Assembly (NCBI GenBank): GCA_963835415.1 | Contig: CAWIFZ010000005.1 | Coordinates: 2,937 to 66,936 of the forward strand | Length of the DNA: 64,000 nt | Source: an uncultured Actinomycetes bacterium | GTDB taxonomy: Bacteria; Actinomycetota; UBA4738; HRBIN12 | Reading direction: 5' to 3' | Shown here: positions 1 to 11,437 of the stretch, in pieces | How the letters are laid out: every line of letters begins with the position of its first letter | Numbering within the stretch: the first letter of the stretch is position 1 | Notes under the pieces: model-generated | Seen by the model: only the letters and a program-made list of their open reading frames with translations | What the model was told of the DNA's origin: nothing | Database searches by the model: none | Position numbers and translations under genes: made by a program

Positions 1-2480
1 CCGCTTCGTTGATGGCGCCGCTGAGGTCGTCCAGCACCAGCAGCCCGTTGCCGAAATCGAGCATCGGCCGCCAGCGAGATCGACATGCCGGCCCCCATGC
101 CCGGCAGGCCGACGCCTGATGTCATCAGCCATGGTTCGATATCGGCGGCGTCGAGGCTGAGCTTGCCCTTGGCGGCCACCTGGCCGTCGGCGACCTGTGC
201 CTTCGAAGCTCTTGAAGTCGTGCCGGCAAGGCCGAACTCGTCGTCAGGCCGCCGCCGAGCGCCCTTCGCCGGTGATCGACGTATGGCCGCCCCGCCCAGC
301 ATGCCGAGCGGCAGCGCCGGCAGGCCGTAGAGGGCCAGCAGCGCGCCGGCGTCGGGGTTTTGGCGTTGAAGGTCAGCGCCACCGGCGCCTCTCGAAATGC
401 TTGTCCGGCGCGCCCTTCCCCGAAAGCGTCGCGAAAAGGCCGAGCCGCCGGCCTTGCCCTGTCCCGCTCACCGCGAGGCCCGTGGTGCCGTCGCCATTGC
501 GCGCCGACGGTTCGCGACCAGGTCGACGCGTGCATCCTGGAACAGGTCGGGATAGGCTCGCGGCTCGCTCGCCAGTCCGTTGAGCACGGCACTGTCGGGA
601 TAATGCCGCGCGGCGACGTCGATCAGCGGCTTCAGGTCGACGGCCACGATCGACGCATCGAGCTTGCCGGTCGGGCCGCGGGGAAATCCTTGATCCTGCC
701 GGTGGCGCTGATCGAGGCGCCGGCCAGCCCGCCGACCGACAGCCGGTCGATCTCGAGAGCCCGTCGCGCAGCCTGCAGCGCCGTGTCGACGGTGTCGGCG
801 GTCAGTCCGCCGGCGATGACCGGCCCTGCCTTGATCTGGAAGTCGAGGTCGCGGTCGGCAAAGCGCTTGGCGCCCTTGTCGCTGACGAAGATCGAGGCAA
901 AGGCCGCCAGCCCGTCGACATCGAGCGCACCGCCTTCAGCCGCATCAGCACCGACGGCTTTGCATCGTCCGGCTGGCTGGATCATGCGGCCGGAAAACTT
1001 CGCCTTGCCCAGGATCAGTTCGAGATCGCTGAAGGCCTGGCGTTTTTCGGTAAGGTCGACCTTGGCCTTGAAGCCGGCGGCGGGCAGCCGGCGGATCGCC
1101 TCGTCGACATCCTTCGACAGCCAGGCGGCAAAGCCCGACGGCTGGGCCACGGCCAGCAGCAGCGAGCCGGTGAAGCCGAAATCGTCTACGTGGATCTGAG
1201 CATGCCCGTCCTTCCAGCGTGGTGCGGCCGGGCAAGGTCGCGGCAAGCGACTTCACCGACCAGCCGCCATCGACCGGCTCGGCCGAGAGATGCACGTCGC
1301 GCACCGTGGTGTCGCCGGCCACCACCGCCGGCAGGTTGACGTCGACGGTGCCGGGGATGGTCGGCTTCGGCAGGTCGAGCAGCGCCTGCTCCACCCCCGC
1401 AACGCGATCCGAGCGTCAGCCCGGCCGCCTGCCGGCACCCACCGCCTCGTCGAACTGCACCTGCGCGCCGGTGGCCTCGATGGCAGAAGTCGGGGTCGGC
1501 CCGAGATCGACAGAGGCCTTGCCGTCGGCGGTGTAGGGATTGTCGAGCGGTCCGGTCTCGAAGCGGAATTCGTCGACGCCGAATATCTGGTGGTCGAGCG
1601 AGAACTTGCCGTTCGGCCGAAAGCCCGGAATCGGACTTGCCGGCTGGGACCTTCACCGTCTCACCTCGGTGCCGTCGCCGCTGTCGCCATCTTGTCGGCA
1701 CTGGAGATGCTGGAACTGGCCGGAATAGACGGCGGCCCCCTTGACGATGCCGGCATTGCCGTCGGTCTCGATGACCGCGGATAGATCACCGGATCGGCTT
1801 GCGGACGCGCAAGCCGCATCTGCCCGGTGCCTTCGGCCTTGCCGGTCGACAGCGGCGATCGCGGTGCGCAGACCGTCCAGCCGCAGCGTACCGTCCATCA
1901 CGCCAGGCACCGTCCAGCGACTTCGCCGAGATGGTCGAGTTGATCTCGGTGAAGAAGTGATTGCGCCCGCCGCGGCGTGCCGCAGTTCGATCTGCCCCTC
2001 CGTCACCGTCAGCTTCTCGATGCGAGATCTGTGAGGTCGAAGGGCGAGGACGGCCGCATCGCCCAGTCGACGTTGCCCGTCGTCGTCGACGTCGATGGTC
2101 ACCTTCGGCCGCACCAGCCGCATGTCGAAGATCAGGACTTCGCCGCGCATGAAGGGCGCGAGTTCGGCATCCATCGAGAAGTCTCGACGGTCATGGCCGG
2201 CTGGCCGTTGGGGCCGCCGCCGACGGTGACGTCCTCGAAGGTCACCGACGGAAACGGCAACAGCCTTGCGCGTGGCGTCGCCCTGCGACGGTGACGCTTG
2301 CGGCCGAGGATGGCGCTCGCCTCGCGCTCGAATTCGGCGCGGTAGGCGGTCCAGTCGACAAAATACGGCACGACCAGCGCTGCGCAACAGCACCAGCACG
2401 AACAGGCCGCCAAAATCACGAATAGGCGCGCGAGCAATAGGCTCCCCTATGCGGGAATCAACACATCCCGTCACGGGAAT
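1..2480 (-). pseudogene. AsmA-family protein (N-terminal part; gene runs off the window start), reading frame broken at least four times
   Basis: Minus-strand ORF fragments 2132..2437, 1653..2486, 945..1394, 632..1246 and 125..592 read consecutively as one protein. It has an N-terminal TM segment, then VVPYFVDWTAYRAEFEREASAILG and FSMDAELAPFMRGEVLIFDMRLVRPKVTIDVDD, typical of AsmA N-termini. Continuity requires repeated frame changes. Confidence 0.55.
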
Positions 2481-2838
2481 GTGCAACGCACTCTATCGGC
2501 ATCAGCTTGTCGATAAAGTGGCGATTTTTCTTCCGATCCGATTTCGGGCGGGCCGAAGGCCGTAGCCCGATGTGCTTGTCACACCGATCTGAAGGCAACC
2601 AAGATCCGTCGGCGACTTCCAGATGATGCCTTTGCCACCTTGCCGCCGAAGTCGCCAACCCGGTTGCGATTGGCGCTTCACCCAACTGCCGATCTGCAGA
2701 GGAACCGGAATTCATCGAGTAGTTTCGCCGTCAGAAAAACATCCTTCATAGCCAATATTGGAGCGTTTGCCGTTTCGGTATAACCTTGCCAAATTCCTAT
2801 TGTTCCGGACGGCAGATTTCAAAATCAGGGGATGGATC

Positions 2839-3432
2839 ATGGCTGGAAAAACCAAGAAAGAAATCGCGACTTCCTTTATGCAGAAAATTCCACTCGCAGA
2901 CCTCCTTCCAATCAACGTCGGGATGAGTTCGGCGACGGAGCATACGATGGTCTCGATTTCTGGGATCGCCGAAGCTCCCTTTGACGACTGATTGTCAGTC
3001 CAGCAGGGCATTCTGCTACGGTGAAGAAGCTCGCAATGACGGCCAAGATGTCGTCGGTTTTCAGCCTCACGGGGATAAGACCGGCTATCGAGAGTGTGAA
3101 AGAGATTTTCGAAGGTTTTGGCCGAAGCTCCGGATCTCGAAGGGGTCCTTAGTACTGAAGGCATGCTTTGCGTTCGATTTCGCAAGCCAACGAGTGGCAA
3201 GAAAAGCACGGCCATCAGCAACCATTCATGGGGAACAGCAGTCGATTTCAAAATCGTCGGCTTGAAAGCCCCGGGTAACACAGGTGCGACTGTTCCCAAA
3301 TTCATCGCTGTCATGCTCCTCACTTCAACAAAGCAGGCTGGTTTTCAAGGTATCGCCTTTCACGACACGATGCATTTCGAAGTTTCGGAAGAGATGATCA
3401 GGAAATGGTCAAAGGATGGTCTGCTGAAATAG
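2839..3432 (+). pseudogene. Peptidase M15 (VanY/hedgehog-type zinc D,D-peptidase fold), apparently frameshifted twice
   Basis: The C-terminal frame (3118..3432) carries SNHSWGTAVDF followed by DTMHFEV, which matches the S-x-H-x-x-G-x-A-x-D ... H zinc-ligand pattern. The upstream parts continue in other frames (MAGKTKKEIA... from ATG 2839, and ...LTGIRPAIESVKEIFEGF ending near 3115). The gene sits in a visibly AT-rich stretch. Confidence 0.5.
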
Positions 3433-3573
3433 TTCGAAGCTTGGTCATCGAACAGGAAGTTTCGGCGCTCAGCATCCGCACGGCAATATCTTGGGCGGAT
3501 TGAGGGATATCGAGCGGGTCGAGCGCCCCGCTCGATCGGTGTGTCGCAGAATTGGCCAGCTCCGTTGGCCCTG

Positions 3574-4439
3574 TCAGAGCAGCGCGATCACCCGGGCCGG
3601 GCCTCCGGTCGCCCCCTTCACCTTCGGCAGGCCGAGGAACAGCCGTGCCCCGTTTTCCGGGATGGCGTCGAGGTTCGCGACGCATTCGACCCCCCAGCGG
3701 CCGCTGCCCAGCCAGGCATAGTGAACCGGAAACTCGCCGCCCGAATTGAGTCCCGTGTCGAGCGACAACGTATCGACGCCGATGCCTTTCACGTTGCGTT
3801 CGCCGATCAGCATCTGCGCAGCCTCTATGTGGAAGCCGGGCGTGTGGTTCTTCTTCTCACTGTCCTGGCCGGTGAATTTCGGATCGCCGACGAGCTTGTG
3901 CCAGCCGGAATTCATGACGACGCAGCAGCCGTCGGGAAGCGGTCCGTTCCTGGCCTCCCAGGCCTTGATGTCGTCCGGCGTCAGCGACGTGTCGGGATTG
4001 TCCGCGGCGCGGCCGCAATATTGATGACGGCGACCGGCACGATCAGGTCGGAGATCGGGATCAGGTCCGCCGTCATGCCGTCGGCGGAAAAGTGGATCGG
4101 CGCGTCCATATGCGTGCCGCTGTGCTCGACGATCGTCCAGCGATTGAGGTTCACCTTGTCCTTCGCGAAGGTCGACGAGTTGTTCGACGGTGAACCATTT
4201 ATCACCGCTGAACGTCGGAAATCCCTCGTACAGCGCGTGCGACAGATCGACCGTATCGGAGAAGCTCGTGGCGGCGCGAGCCGGTGCGACTCGGGCATGC
4301 GTGGCCGCGGCACCGCGCCGAGGCCAAGTGCGAATCCCGTCTTGAGCAAGCCGCGGCGGGTGGCCTTGCTGGCAGACCGAATGAAGACATCCCGGAGGAC
4401 ACATTTGCAATCTCCTTCCCTCTGTTGCTGTTTCCCCAA
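3574..4439 (-). pseudogene. Cyclase-family protein (kynurenine-formamidase-like fold) with Tat-type signal, at least one frameshift
   Basis: ORF 3981..4439 has the N-terminal motif TRRGLLKTGFALGLGA and the motif HSGTHMDAPIHF. ORF 3574..4455 supplies the C-terminal two thirds (GIGVDTLSLD..., HYAWLGSGRWGVE). The two frames must be spliced near 4000-4050. Confidence 0.6.
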
Positions 4440-4511
4440 ACCAACTCAAATGCACGCATACTAACTAGTTCGTATATTTTGCTTCGGCAGTTGCGATGAG
4501 ACTTGGTATGA

Positions 4512-4954
4512 CTAGCTTTCGAGCATTCCCTTCATGGCGGCGACCGCAATCGTGGTATCCTCGCGCGCCGAGCCCGCGAGCACTGCTGTGGCTGCCTTCG
4601 AGACCAGCGAATGGTGGTAGATCGCCTCGCGGCGATGAATGTTCGAGATGTGGAACTCGATGATCGGGCCGGCAAACATCTTGAGCGCGTCGAGAATCGC
4701 GATCGACGTGAAGCTGAGGCCGGCCGGATTGATGATGATGCCTGCGCCGTCGTCGATCGCCTCGTGGATCAGCCCGACGATCTCGCCCTCGAAATTCGAC
4801 TGGTGGAAGCGTAGCGGCCAATCGCCCGCGGCGGCCCGGCACATCGCCTCGATTTCAGCAAGCGTCGTCGTGCCGTAGATCTCCGGCTCCGCGCTTGCCG
4901 CAGCCGGTTGAGGTTAGGTCCGTTGAGGATGAAGATCGGTTTGGCCAACGTCAT
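4512..4954 (-). pseudogene. aroQ: Type II 3-dehydroquinate dehydratase, frameshifted near the 5' end
   Basis: MTLAKPIFILNGPNLN (ORF 4769..4954) is joined to ...FHQSNFEGEIVGLIHEA...IIINPAGLSFTSIAILDAL...EFHISNIHRRE (ORF 4512..4844). These are classic AroQ motifs split over frames. Confidence 0.7.
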
Positions 4955-4964
4955 CTTCCCTCGC

Positions 4965-6268
4965 TCAGCCCTGATACCCGAATAGCCGGGGCAGCCACAG
5001 CACCACCTCCGGGAAGAAGGTGATGACGACCAGCGAAGCGATCATCGCCCACAGGAACGGCAGGACATCGCGGACGATGTCGCGCAAGCGGAACTTCGGC
5101 GATGCGCGTCATGATGAACAGCAGCAGGCCATAGGGCGGCGTCACCAGGCCGAGCATGATGTTGACCACCACCATCACGCCGAAATGCACCATGTCGATG
5201 CCCAGCGCCTGCGCCGTCGGGATCAGCACCGGCACGATGATCAGCAGGATCGTCGTTCCCTCCAGCACGCATCCGAGCAGCAGCAAAAGGATATTGACGA
5301 GGATGAGGAAGCCGATCGGCGAGAGGTCCCAGCTGGTCAGCAGGACGCGCAGCGAGTCTGGGAATGTTCTCGACGGTCACGACGTAGTTGAACACCAGCG
5401 CGCCGGCGATCAGCATGCCGATCGACGCCGTGGTCCGCGCACTGGCCAGCATGGAGCGATAGAAATCGGCAAAGCCGACGCTGCGATAGAGCACCACGGA
5501 GATGATCAGCGCATAGGCCGCGGCGACGGCCGCCGCCTCGGTCGGCGTGGTCACGCCGCTGTAGATGCCGCCGAGCAGGACGACCGGCATCATCAGCGAT
5601 GGAAACGCCCGCCAGGTGATGCCGGGCAGCTCGCCGAGCGGGGTCGGCGCCTCGACGGGAAAATTGTTCTTGCGCGCCTGCCAGGCGACGATCCCCATCT
5701 GCGCGAAGGCCATCAGCAGGCCGGGGATCACGCCGCCGAGGAAGAGGTAGCCGATCGAGGCACCCGAGACCAGGGCGTAGATGACCATCGGGATCGACGG
5801 CGGGATGATCGGGCCGATCACCGCCGTGACGGCGGTCAGCGCTGCCGCATAGCTCGGCGTGTACTTGCCGTCCTTGGTCATCATCATCTGCATCATCTTG
5901 CCGGTGCCGGCCGCGTCGGCGATGGCCGAGCCGGACATCCCCGCGAAGATGATGCTTTGCACGACGTTGACATAGGCGAGGCCGCCCCTGAAGCGGCCGA
6001 CGACCGCGTCGCAGAAGCGCAGCAGGCGTTCCGTCATCGAGCCGATGTTCATCAGCTCGGCGGCCAGGATGAACAGCGGAACGGCGAGGATGATGTAGTT
6101 CGAATACATGCCGTTGAGGAACTGCTCGGCCGCCGTGCCCATGTCGAGACCGGCGAGGTAGAGATAGAGGATCGAACCGGCAATCATGGCGTGGCCGATC
6201 GGCAGGCCAAGGAATGCCAGGACCGTGATCGCGACGATCGACAGCGAGAACGGGCTTGCGAGGTTCAT
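4965..6268 (-). pseudogene. TRAP transporter large permease (DctM family), two apparent frameshifts (about 5355 and 5085)
   Basis: MNLASPFSLSIVAITVLAFLGLPIGHAM... is intact for about 300 codons. It continues in the frame of ORF 4951..5286 (LLLGCVLEGTTILLIIVPVLIPTAQALGIDMVHFGVM...). The tail ...KFRLRDIVRDVLPFLWAMIASLVVITFFPEVVLWLPRLFGYQG is in a third frame. The start ATG overlaps the dctQ stop (ATGA). Confidence 0.75.
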
Positions 6269-6800
6269 ACGCCTGACCCGGCCTTGGTGGGATCGAACTC
6301 TTGCGGCGCCTCGCCGCGCAGCGCCTTCACGCCCAGCCAGAGATAGCGAACGATGATCGCAACGACGAAAATGACGTAGATCGAATAGAGCCAGTCGAAG
6401 CGTATCTTCAGGTACGCCGTCTTCTCGACCTTCATGAAGGTGACGTAATCGAAGACGGCAGACAGCGACATGGCATAGAGGACGACCAGCGCGACGGCAG
6501 AAACCAGGAACATGATCCTGCGCATGCGCGGACCGGCTGCACCGTAGAGCAGGTCGAAGCGAATCTCCTCCTCCTCGCGGACCACGAAGGCGGCGCCGAA
6601 CAGCACCAGCCAGATCCACAGGACGACGCTTATCTCATTGGTCCAGCCGATCGGCAGGTTGAAGACATAGCGAAAGGCGATCTGCAGGATGAAGGCGGCG
6701 AACATCAGGGTCAGCATCGCCGCCAGCAGATTTTCGGCGCGCCGGTACAGCCAGCCGCCGATCGTGCGAAGCCTTGGGTCCACGAGTGCGATCCCGATGA
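6265..6800 (-). CDS. TRAP transporter small permease (DctQ family); start codon not resolved
   Basis: The C-terminal ~175 codons of ORF 6265..6957 (LYRRAENLLAAMLTLMFAAFILQIAFRYVFNLPIGWTNEISVVLWIWLVLFGAAF...) have the four-TM DctQ layout. The gene lies between dctP and dctM. Confidence 0.6.
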
Positions 6801-6856
6801 GGATTTTCGAGCGGAAGTGGCCGGCGCATCGACGCCGGCCACGGAACTGCCGCTGA

Positions 6857-7843
6857 TCAGAGGGCGTTGATCTTGTCAACGATTCCCGCCGGCCAGTCCT
6901 TGGCGAGATCCGAGCCGAGATATTTCTCCTGGGCAAATTTGCGGAACGCGGCAACATCCGGCTCGTAGAGCTTCAGCCCTTTGCCCTTGAAGAACTCGAC
7001 CAGTTCCTTCTCGCGCGCCAGGTGCTTCTCGGTGCTGAAGGCGATGGCCGCGTCGGCGGCGGCCTGGAAGCGGCCCTGCTTGTCGGCGCCCATGTCGTCC
7101 CAGACCTTCTTGGTCACCGTGAGCAGGTCGAATCCGACCAGATGCGAGGTCAATACGATCTGCGACATCACCTCGTAGAACTTCATGTTCTCGACATTCG
7201 GCAACGGATTGTCCTGGCCGTCGATCGCGCCGGTCTGCAGGCCGGTATAGACCTCGGCATAGGCCATCGGGGTCGGATTGGCGCCGAGCGCCGTCCCGAG
7301 AAACTGCCAGGCATCGCCGCCCGGCATCCTGAGCTTGATGCCGGCCATGTCCGCCGGCGTCGTGATCTTCTTGTCCGGCTTCAACCCGACCTGGCGAGCG
7401 CCGAAATAGGTCGGCCCCAGCACGCGCACGCCGAGCTGGTCTTCGGTCATCTTCTTGAATTCGACGCCGACGTCACTGGCGAAAAATTTCTTCACATGGT
7501 CGGCGTCGCGGAACAGGTAGGCGGAGGTGACGACCGACCATGCCGGGATCTGCTTGGAGATGTCCTGCGGCGCGATATTGCCCATCTCGAGGTTGCCGCG
7601 CTGCAGCGCGACGAGCTCTGTGCCCTGCTTGAACAAATTGCCGCCGTAGTAGCCCTCGAAGACGAAATCGTCCTTGATGGCGTCGGCGAATTTTTTCATC
7701 ATTTCCGCGCGGATGTCCTGTTCCGAGAACACGGCGGAGAAGCGGAGCTTGGGCTTGTCCTGCGCCAGCGCAGGACCAGCGATGGCAGCGCCGAGCAGTC
7801 CCGTTGCGATCAGAAACTCGCGGCGAGTTGTGGTCAAGTTCAT
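6857..7843 (-). CDS. TRAP transporter substrate-binding protein (DctP family)
   Basis: Intact 328-aa ORF with an N-terminal signal (RREFLIATGLLGAAIAGPALA). It is adjacent to dctQ/dctM on the same strand. Confidence 0.85.
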   Translation of the reverse strand: MNLTTTRREFLIATGLLGAAIAGPALAQDKPKLRFSAVFSEQDIRAEMMKKFADAIKDDFVFEGYYGGNLFKQGTELVALQRGNLEMGNIAPQDISKQIPAWSVVTSAYLFRDADHVKKFFASDVGVEFKKMTEDQLGVRVLGPTYFGARQVGLKPDKKITTPADMAGIKLRMPGGDAWQFLGTALGANPTPMAYAEVYTGLQTGAIDGQDNPLPNVENMKFYEVMSQIVLTSHLVGFDLLTVTKKVWDDMGADKQGRFQAAADAAIAFSTEKHLAREKELVEFFKGKGLKLYEPDVAAFRKFAQEKYLGSDLAKDWPAGIVDKINAL

Positions 7844-8016
7844 GGTATCCTCCCAGTTGACCGATGGATGTTGACGTCAGCTTCTACAAAGCAATGTTCC
7901 GCCCGAGCCTCCCGGCGGGCGGCGTATGGACGGCGGCAGGTCGTTTTGTCGCGTTGGAACGACTTCAGCACGGTCGTGTCGCGCAAGTTCGGTGTGATGC
8001 GGGCGAGGCGGCGTCG

Positions 8017-8862
8017 TCATGCCGCGGCCTCGAAATATCGCGCCATCGCGTGTCGATCCGCAGCCAGTCCCGTAAACAGTTCGAACGCACGGACCGCCTG
8101 GTTGACGGCCATTCCCGTGCCGGCAAGGGTGCGGCAGCCGCGCGCGCGGGCCAGCCGCAACAATTCGGTTTCTTCCGGGAAGTAGATGATCTCGGCGACC
8201 CACTGCCCCACGGTCAGAAGCTCGGCGGGGAAAGGCACGCCGGGATATTTGGCCATGCCGACCGGCGTCGTATTGACGATCCCGTCGGCCCCGGCGATTT
8301 CCTGTCTCGCGTCGGAAGCGGTGCGCACACGGCCCGCCATGGGACCCGCAAAATTCTGCCTGAGCTGCTCGGCGCGCGCGGCATCCGTGTCGACAAGCAC
8401 CAGATCGGCGACCCCGAGCTCGAGCAAGGCATAGGCGACCGCAGCCCCGGCGCCACCGGCCCCGAACTGGACGACCTTGTCCAGCTTCGAGCCCGCCATC
8501 CCTTCCCCAAAGCTCTCGATGAAGCCCCAGCAATCGGTGTTGTGGCCCGTCCTTTGACCATCGCGCAGCACGACGGTATTGACCGCGCCGATCGATGCCG
8601 CTTCGGGCGCGAGCTCGTCGAGATGGTCGATCACCGCCTGCTTGAATGGATGGGTAATGTTGAGGCCGGCAAAACCGGATTGCCGGGCACCGGCCAGCAC
8701 ATCGCCGAGCGCATGGTCGGGAAGGTCGAGCGTGTCGAAATCGACCAGCGTGTAACTATAGTTCAGTCCAAGACGAGCCCCTTCCCGCTCATGCATGACA
8801 GGCGACCGCGATGACTGGATGCCGCGGCCGACGAGCCCGATGGCGATCATGTCGTTCGCCAT
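8017..8862 (-). CDS. Shikimate/quinate dehydrogenase (AroE/YdiB family)
   Basis: From ATG 8862: GLVGRGIQSSRSPVMHE, LNITHPFK, HNTD and the GAGGAGAAV dinucleotide-binding motif. The longer ORF 8017..9333 is an upstream run-on. Confidence 0.8.
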   Translation of the reverse strand: MANDMIAIGLVGRGIQSSRSPVMHEREGARLGLNYSYTLVDFDTLDLPDHALGDVLAGARQSGFAGLNITHPFKQAVIDHLDELAPEAASIGAVNTVVLRDGQRTGHNTDCWGFIESFGEGMAGSKLDKVVQFGAGGAGAAVAYALLELGVADLVLVDTDAARAEQLRQNFAGPMAGRVRTASDARQEIAGADGIVNTTPVGMAKYPGVPFPAELLTVGQWVAEIIYFPEETELLRLARARGCRTLAGTGMAVNQAVRAFELFTGLAADRHAMARYFEAAA

Positions 8863-9262
8863 GCGGTCGGCGGCGGGCGCAACCAGCCCGCGCAGCAGAT
8901 CACCGACAGCGTCGGCACCATGGCGCAAGATCACCTCCTTGATACTTGCCCGGCGAAATAAGCTCTGATGCCCCGCGCCGGATTTTCGTTCCGGCAACTG
9001 CAGGCAACTTCCATCGCGCCGATGCACAATGTACGATCTGGTTAGTTTGTCAACGCCCGGCCGACCTGACGGGCAAAAATGCCATCGAGGCAGGCCATGG
9101 ACCCAAAGTGGATGCAGGCGCAGGCGGCAAGTCCACAGTGGCGAACAACCCACATCGCAACCTTGAGCCGGGGCAGCCAATCGCACATTGCTCTGCTGGC
9201 GCAATCGCGCCAATCTCGCCAAGGATTTCGGCTGGGGTGACCATTCGCAGGTCGAGGGCAGT

Positions 9263-9925
9263 ATGAGCGACGCAAAACGACGGACGCGAAAGCGCGGAGG
9301 TTCGCCAACCCGCACCCAGGATCCGGAGGGCACCCGTCAGAATATTCTGGAGATAGCCTCCGAAGAGTTTGCGCTGAATGGCCTGGCGGGGGCGCGCGTC
9401 GACGAGATCGCCGCGCGCACGCGCTCCAGCAAGCGGATGATCTACTACTATTTCGGAGACAAGGACGGCCTCTATCTCAGCGCTTTGGAAAACGCCTATC
9501 GCCAGGTCCGCGAAGGCGAGGCGAAGGTGGACATAGACGGGCTCGGTCCCGTCGACGCGCTGTCGCGGCTGGTCGAATTCACCTTCGATCACCACCACCA
9601 GCACGAAGCGTTCATTCGCATGGTGATGATCGAGAACATTCACCACGGCCAGTTTCTGGAGCGCTCGAAGGTCATTCGCGACCTCAACGTGACGGCGATC
9701 GATCATATTTCGCGGATCTATGCGCGCGGCGTCGAGGATGGTGTATTCCGTCCGGGCCTCGATCCGGTGGAGGTTCACTGGCAGATCAGCGCCTTGTGCT
9801 TCTTCAATGTCTCGAACCGCGCGACGTTCTCGAAAATCTTCGGCCGCGATTTCGGTGCTCCCGATCAGCTCGAGCGGCTGCGCCACAATTGCGTGGAAAC
9901 GATCCTGCGGTTTGTCGCCCGTTGA
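9263..9925 (+). CDS. TetR-family transcriptional regulator
   Basis: N-terminal HTH ILEIASEEFALNGLAGARVDEIAARTRSSKRMIYYYFGDKDGLY. It is divergent from the dehydrogenase/TRAP genes. Confidence 0.8.
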   Translation: MSDAKRRTRKRGGSPTRTQDPEGTRQNILEIASEEFALNGLAGARVDEIAARTRSSKRMIYYYFGDKDGLYLSALENAYRQVREGEAKVDIDGLGPVDALSRLVEFTFDHHHQHEAFIRMVMIENIHHGQFLERSKVIRDLNVTAIDHISRIYARGVEDGVFRPGLDPVEVHWQISALCFFNVSNRATFSKIFGRDFGAPDQLERLRHNCVETILRFVAR

Positions 9926-10038
9926 TGCCTGCGCGCCGATGATCACCGACCGCCTCGCGTCTTGCTTGTAAGGCGAGCGCACGCGATCTACAATGGACGG
10001 ACTAGTTCGTTTGTTGTCGATCAGGTGCCAAGCGATCC

Positions 10039-11435
10039 ATGAAGACGTCCATCGCGACCGTGTCGATTGCCGGAGAGCTGCCCGGAATTGGCGGCCATCG
10101 CGGCGGCCGGCTTCCACGGCGTCGAGATCTTCGAGAACGATTTTCTGGCGTTCGACGGGTCGCCCCGCGATGTCGGAGCAATGGCGCGCGAGGCGGGTCT
10201 GGCGATCACGCTGTTTCAGCCGTTCCGCGACTTCGAGGGCCTGCCCGAGCCGCAGCGGAGCCGCGCCTTCGACCGCGCCGAGCGGAAATTCGATGTCATG
10301 CAGGAGCTGGGCACCGACCTGATGCTGGTCTGCTCCTCGGTCTCGCCGGTTGCCCTTGGCGGCATAGACCGTGCAGCGGCCGATCTTCATGAACTGGGCG
10401 AGCGCGCGGCAAGACGGGGACTGCGCGTCGGCTACGAGGCCCTCGCCTGGGGCCGCTATGTCAGCGATCATCGCGACGCGTGGGAAATCGTCCGCCGCGC
10501 CGGCCACGCCAGCATCGGGCTGATCCTCGATTTGTTCATACGCTGGCCCGCAAGATCGATGTCGACTCGATCCGCAGCATTCCGAAGGACAGGATATTCA
10601 TCGTCCAGGTCGCCGACGCGCCGCTCATCGACATGGACCTGCTCTACTGGAGCCGCCACTTCCGCAACATGCCCGGCGAAGGCGATTTGCCAGTTCGCGA
10701 ATTCATGCAGGCGGTCGCGGCGACCGGTTATGACGGCTATTTGTCGCTCGAGATCTTCAACGATCAGTTTCGCGGCGGCTCCCCCAGGGCGATCTCCGTC
10801 GACGGTCATCGCTCGTTGAAATGGCTGATGGACCAGGTCAGCCGCAGCGAACCGGCGATTGCCGCCGCAAGCCCGCGCATCCCCGACCGCGTCGATGTCG
10901 TTGAAGGCGTCGAATTCATCGAGTTCTCCGCAAACGAAGCCGGCGCCGGCGAAATTGCCGGGTTGCTGCAAAGCCTGGGCTTTCGCAAGGTCGGGCGGCA
11001 TGTTTCGAAGGATGTGACGCTCTATCGGCAGGGCGGTATCAAAATTCTCGTCAACACCGAGCGCCAGGGCTTCGCGCATTCGTCATTCGTCGTCCACGGC
11101 ACGTCGATCTACGCGATCGGTCTCAAGGTCGCCGATGCTCGCTCGACGATGGAGCGGGCGCTGGCGCTCGACGCGGAACCCTTCGCGCAGACGGTACCGC
11201 CCGGCCAGTTGGTCATTCCGGCAGTTCGCGGCGTTGGCGGCAGCGTGATCTATTTTCTCGAACTCCCGCGTTTTGACTCTCTCGCAGATGTCTGGGATCG
11301 CGAGTTCCGGCCGGTCGACGCGGACGGTGGTGGCTCGGGCGTCGGCCTGACCCGCATCGGCGATCACATCGGCCAGACGATGAACCAGGGCGAGATGCCG
11401 TCATGGCTGCTGTTCTACACGGCGATATTCAACAC
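10039..11435 (+). pseudogene. 3-dehydroshikimate dehydratase (TIM-barrel plus HPPD-like domain; QuiC/QsuB type), two frameshifts and 3'-truncated at the segment junction
   Basis: MKTSIATVSIAGELP (frame of 10039) continues as ELAAIAAAGFHGVEIFENDF... (frame of 10067), then FHTLARKIDVDSIRSIPKDRIFIVQVADAP...VEFIEFSANEAGAGEIAGLLQSLGF... (frame of 10480). The homology-like sequence stops at ...WLLFYTAIFNT at about 11436. Confidence 0.7.
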
Positions 11436-11437
11436 CC
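11429..11437. other. Seamless junction between two unrelated sequence segments (contig concatenation or chimeric assembly)
   Basis: The plus-strand dehydratase gene and the minus-strand fbiC gene both lose their C-terminal ends here. Base composition and codon usage also change at this point. Confidence 0.8.

Noticed and set aside
9050-10507. A 485-aa minus-strand ORF in segment A.
   Set aside because: It is antisense to the TetR and dehydratase genes, which carry clear motifs. It has no recognisable features of its own.
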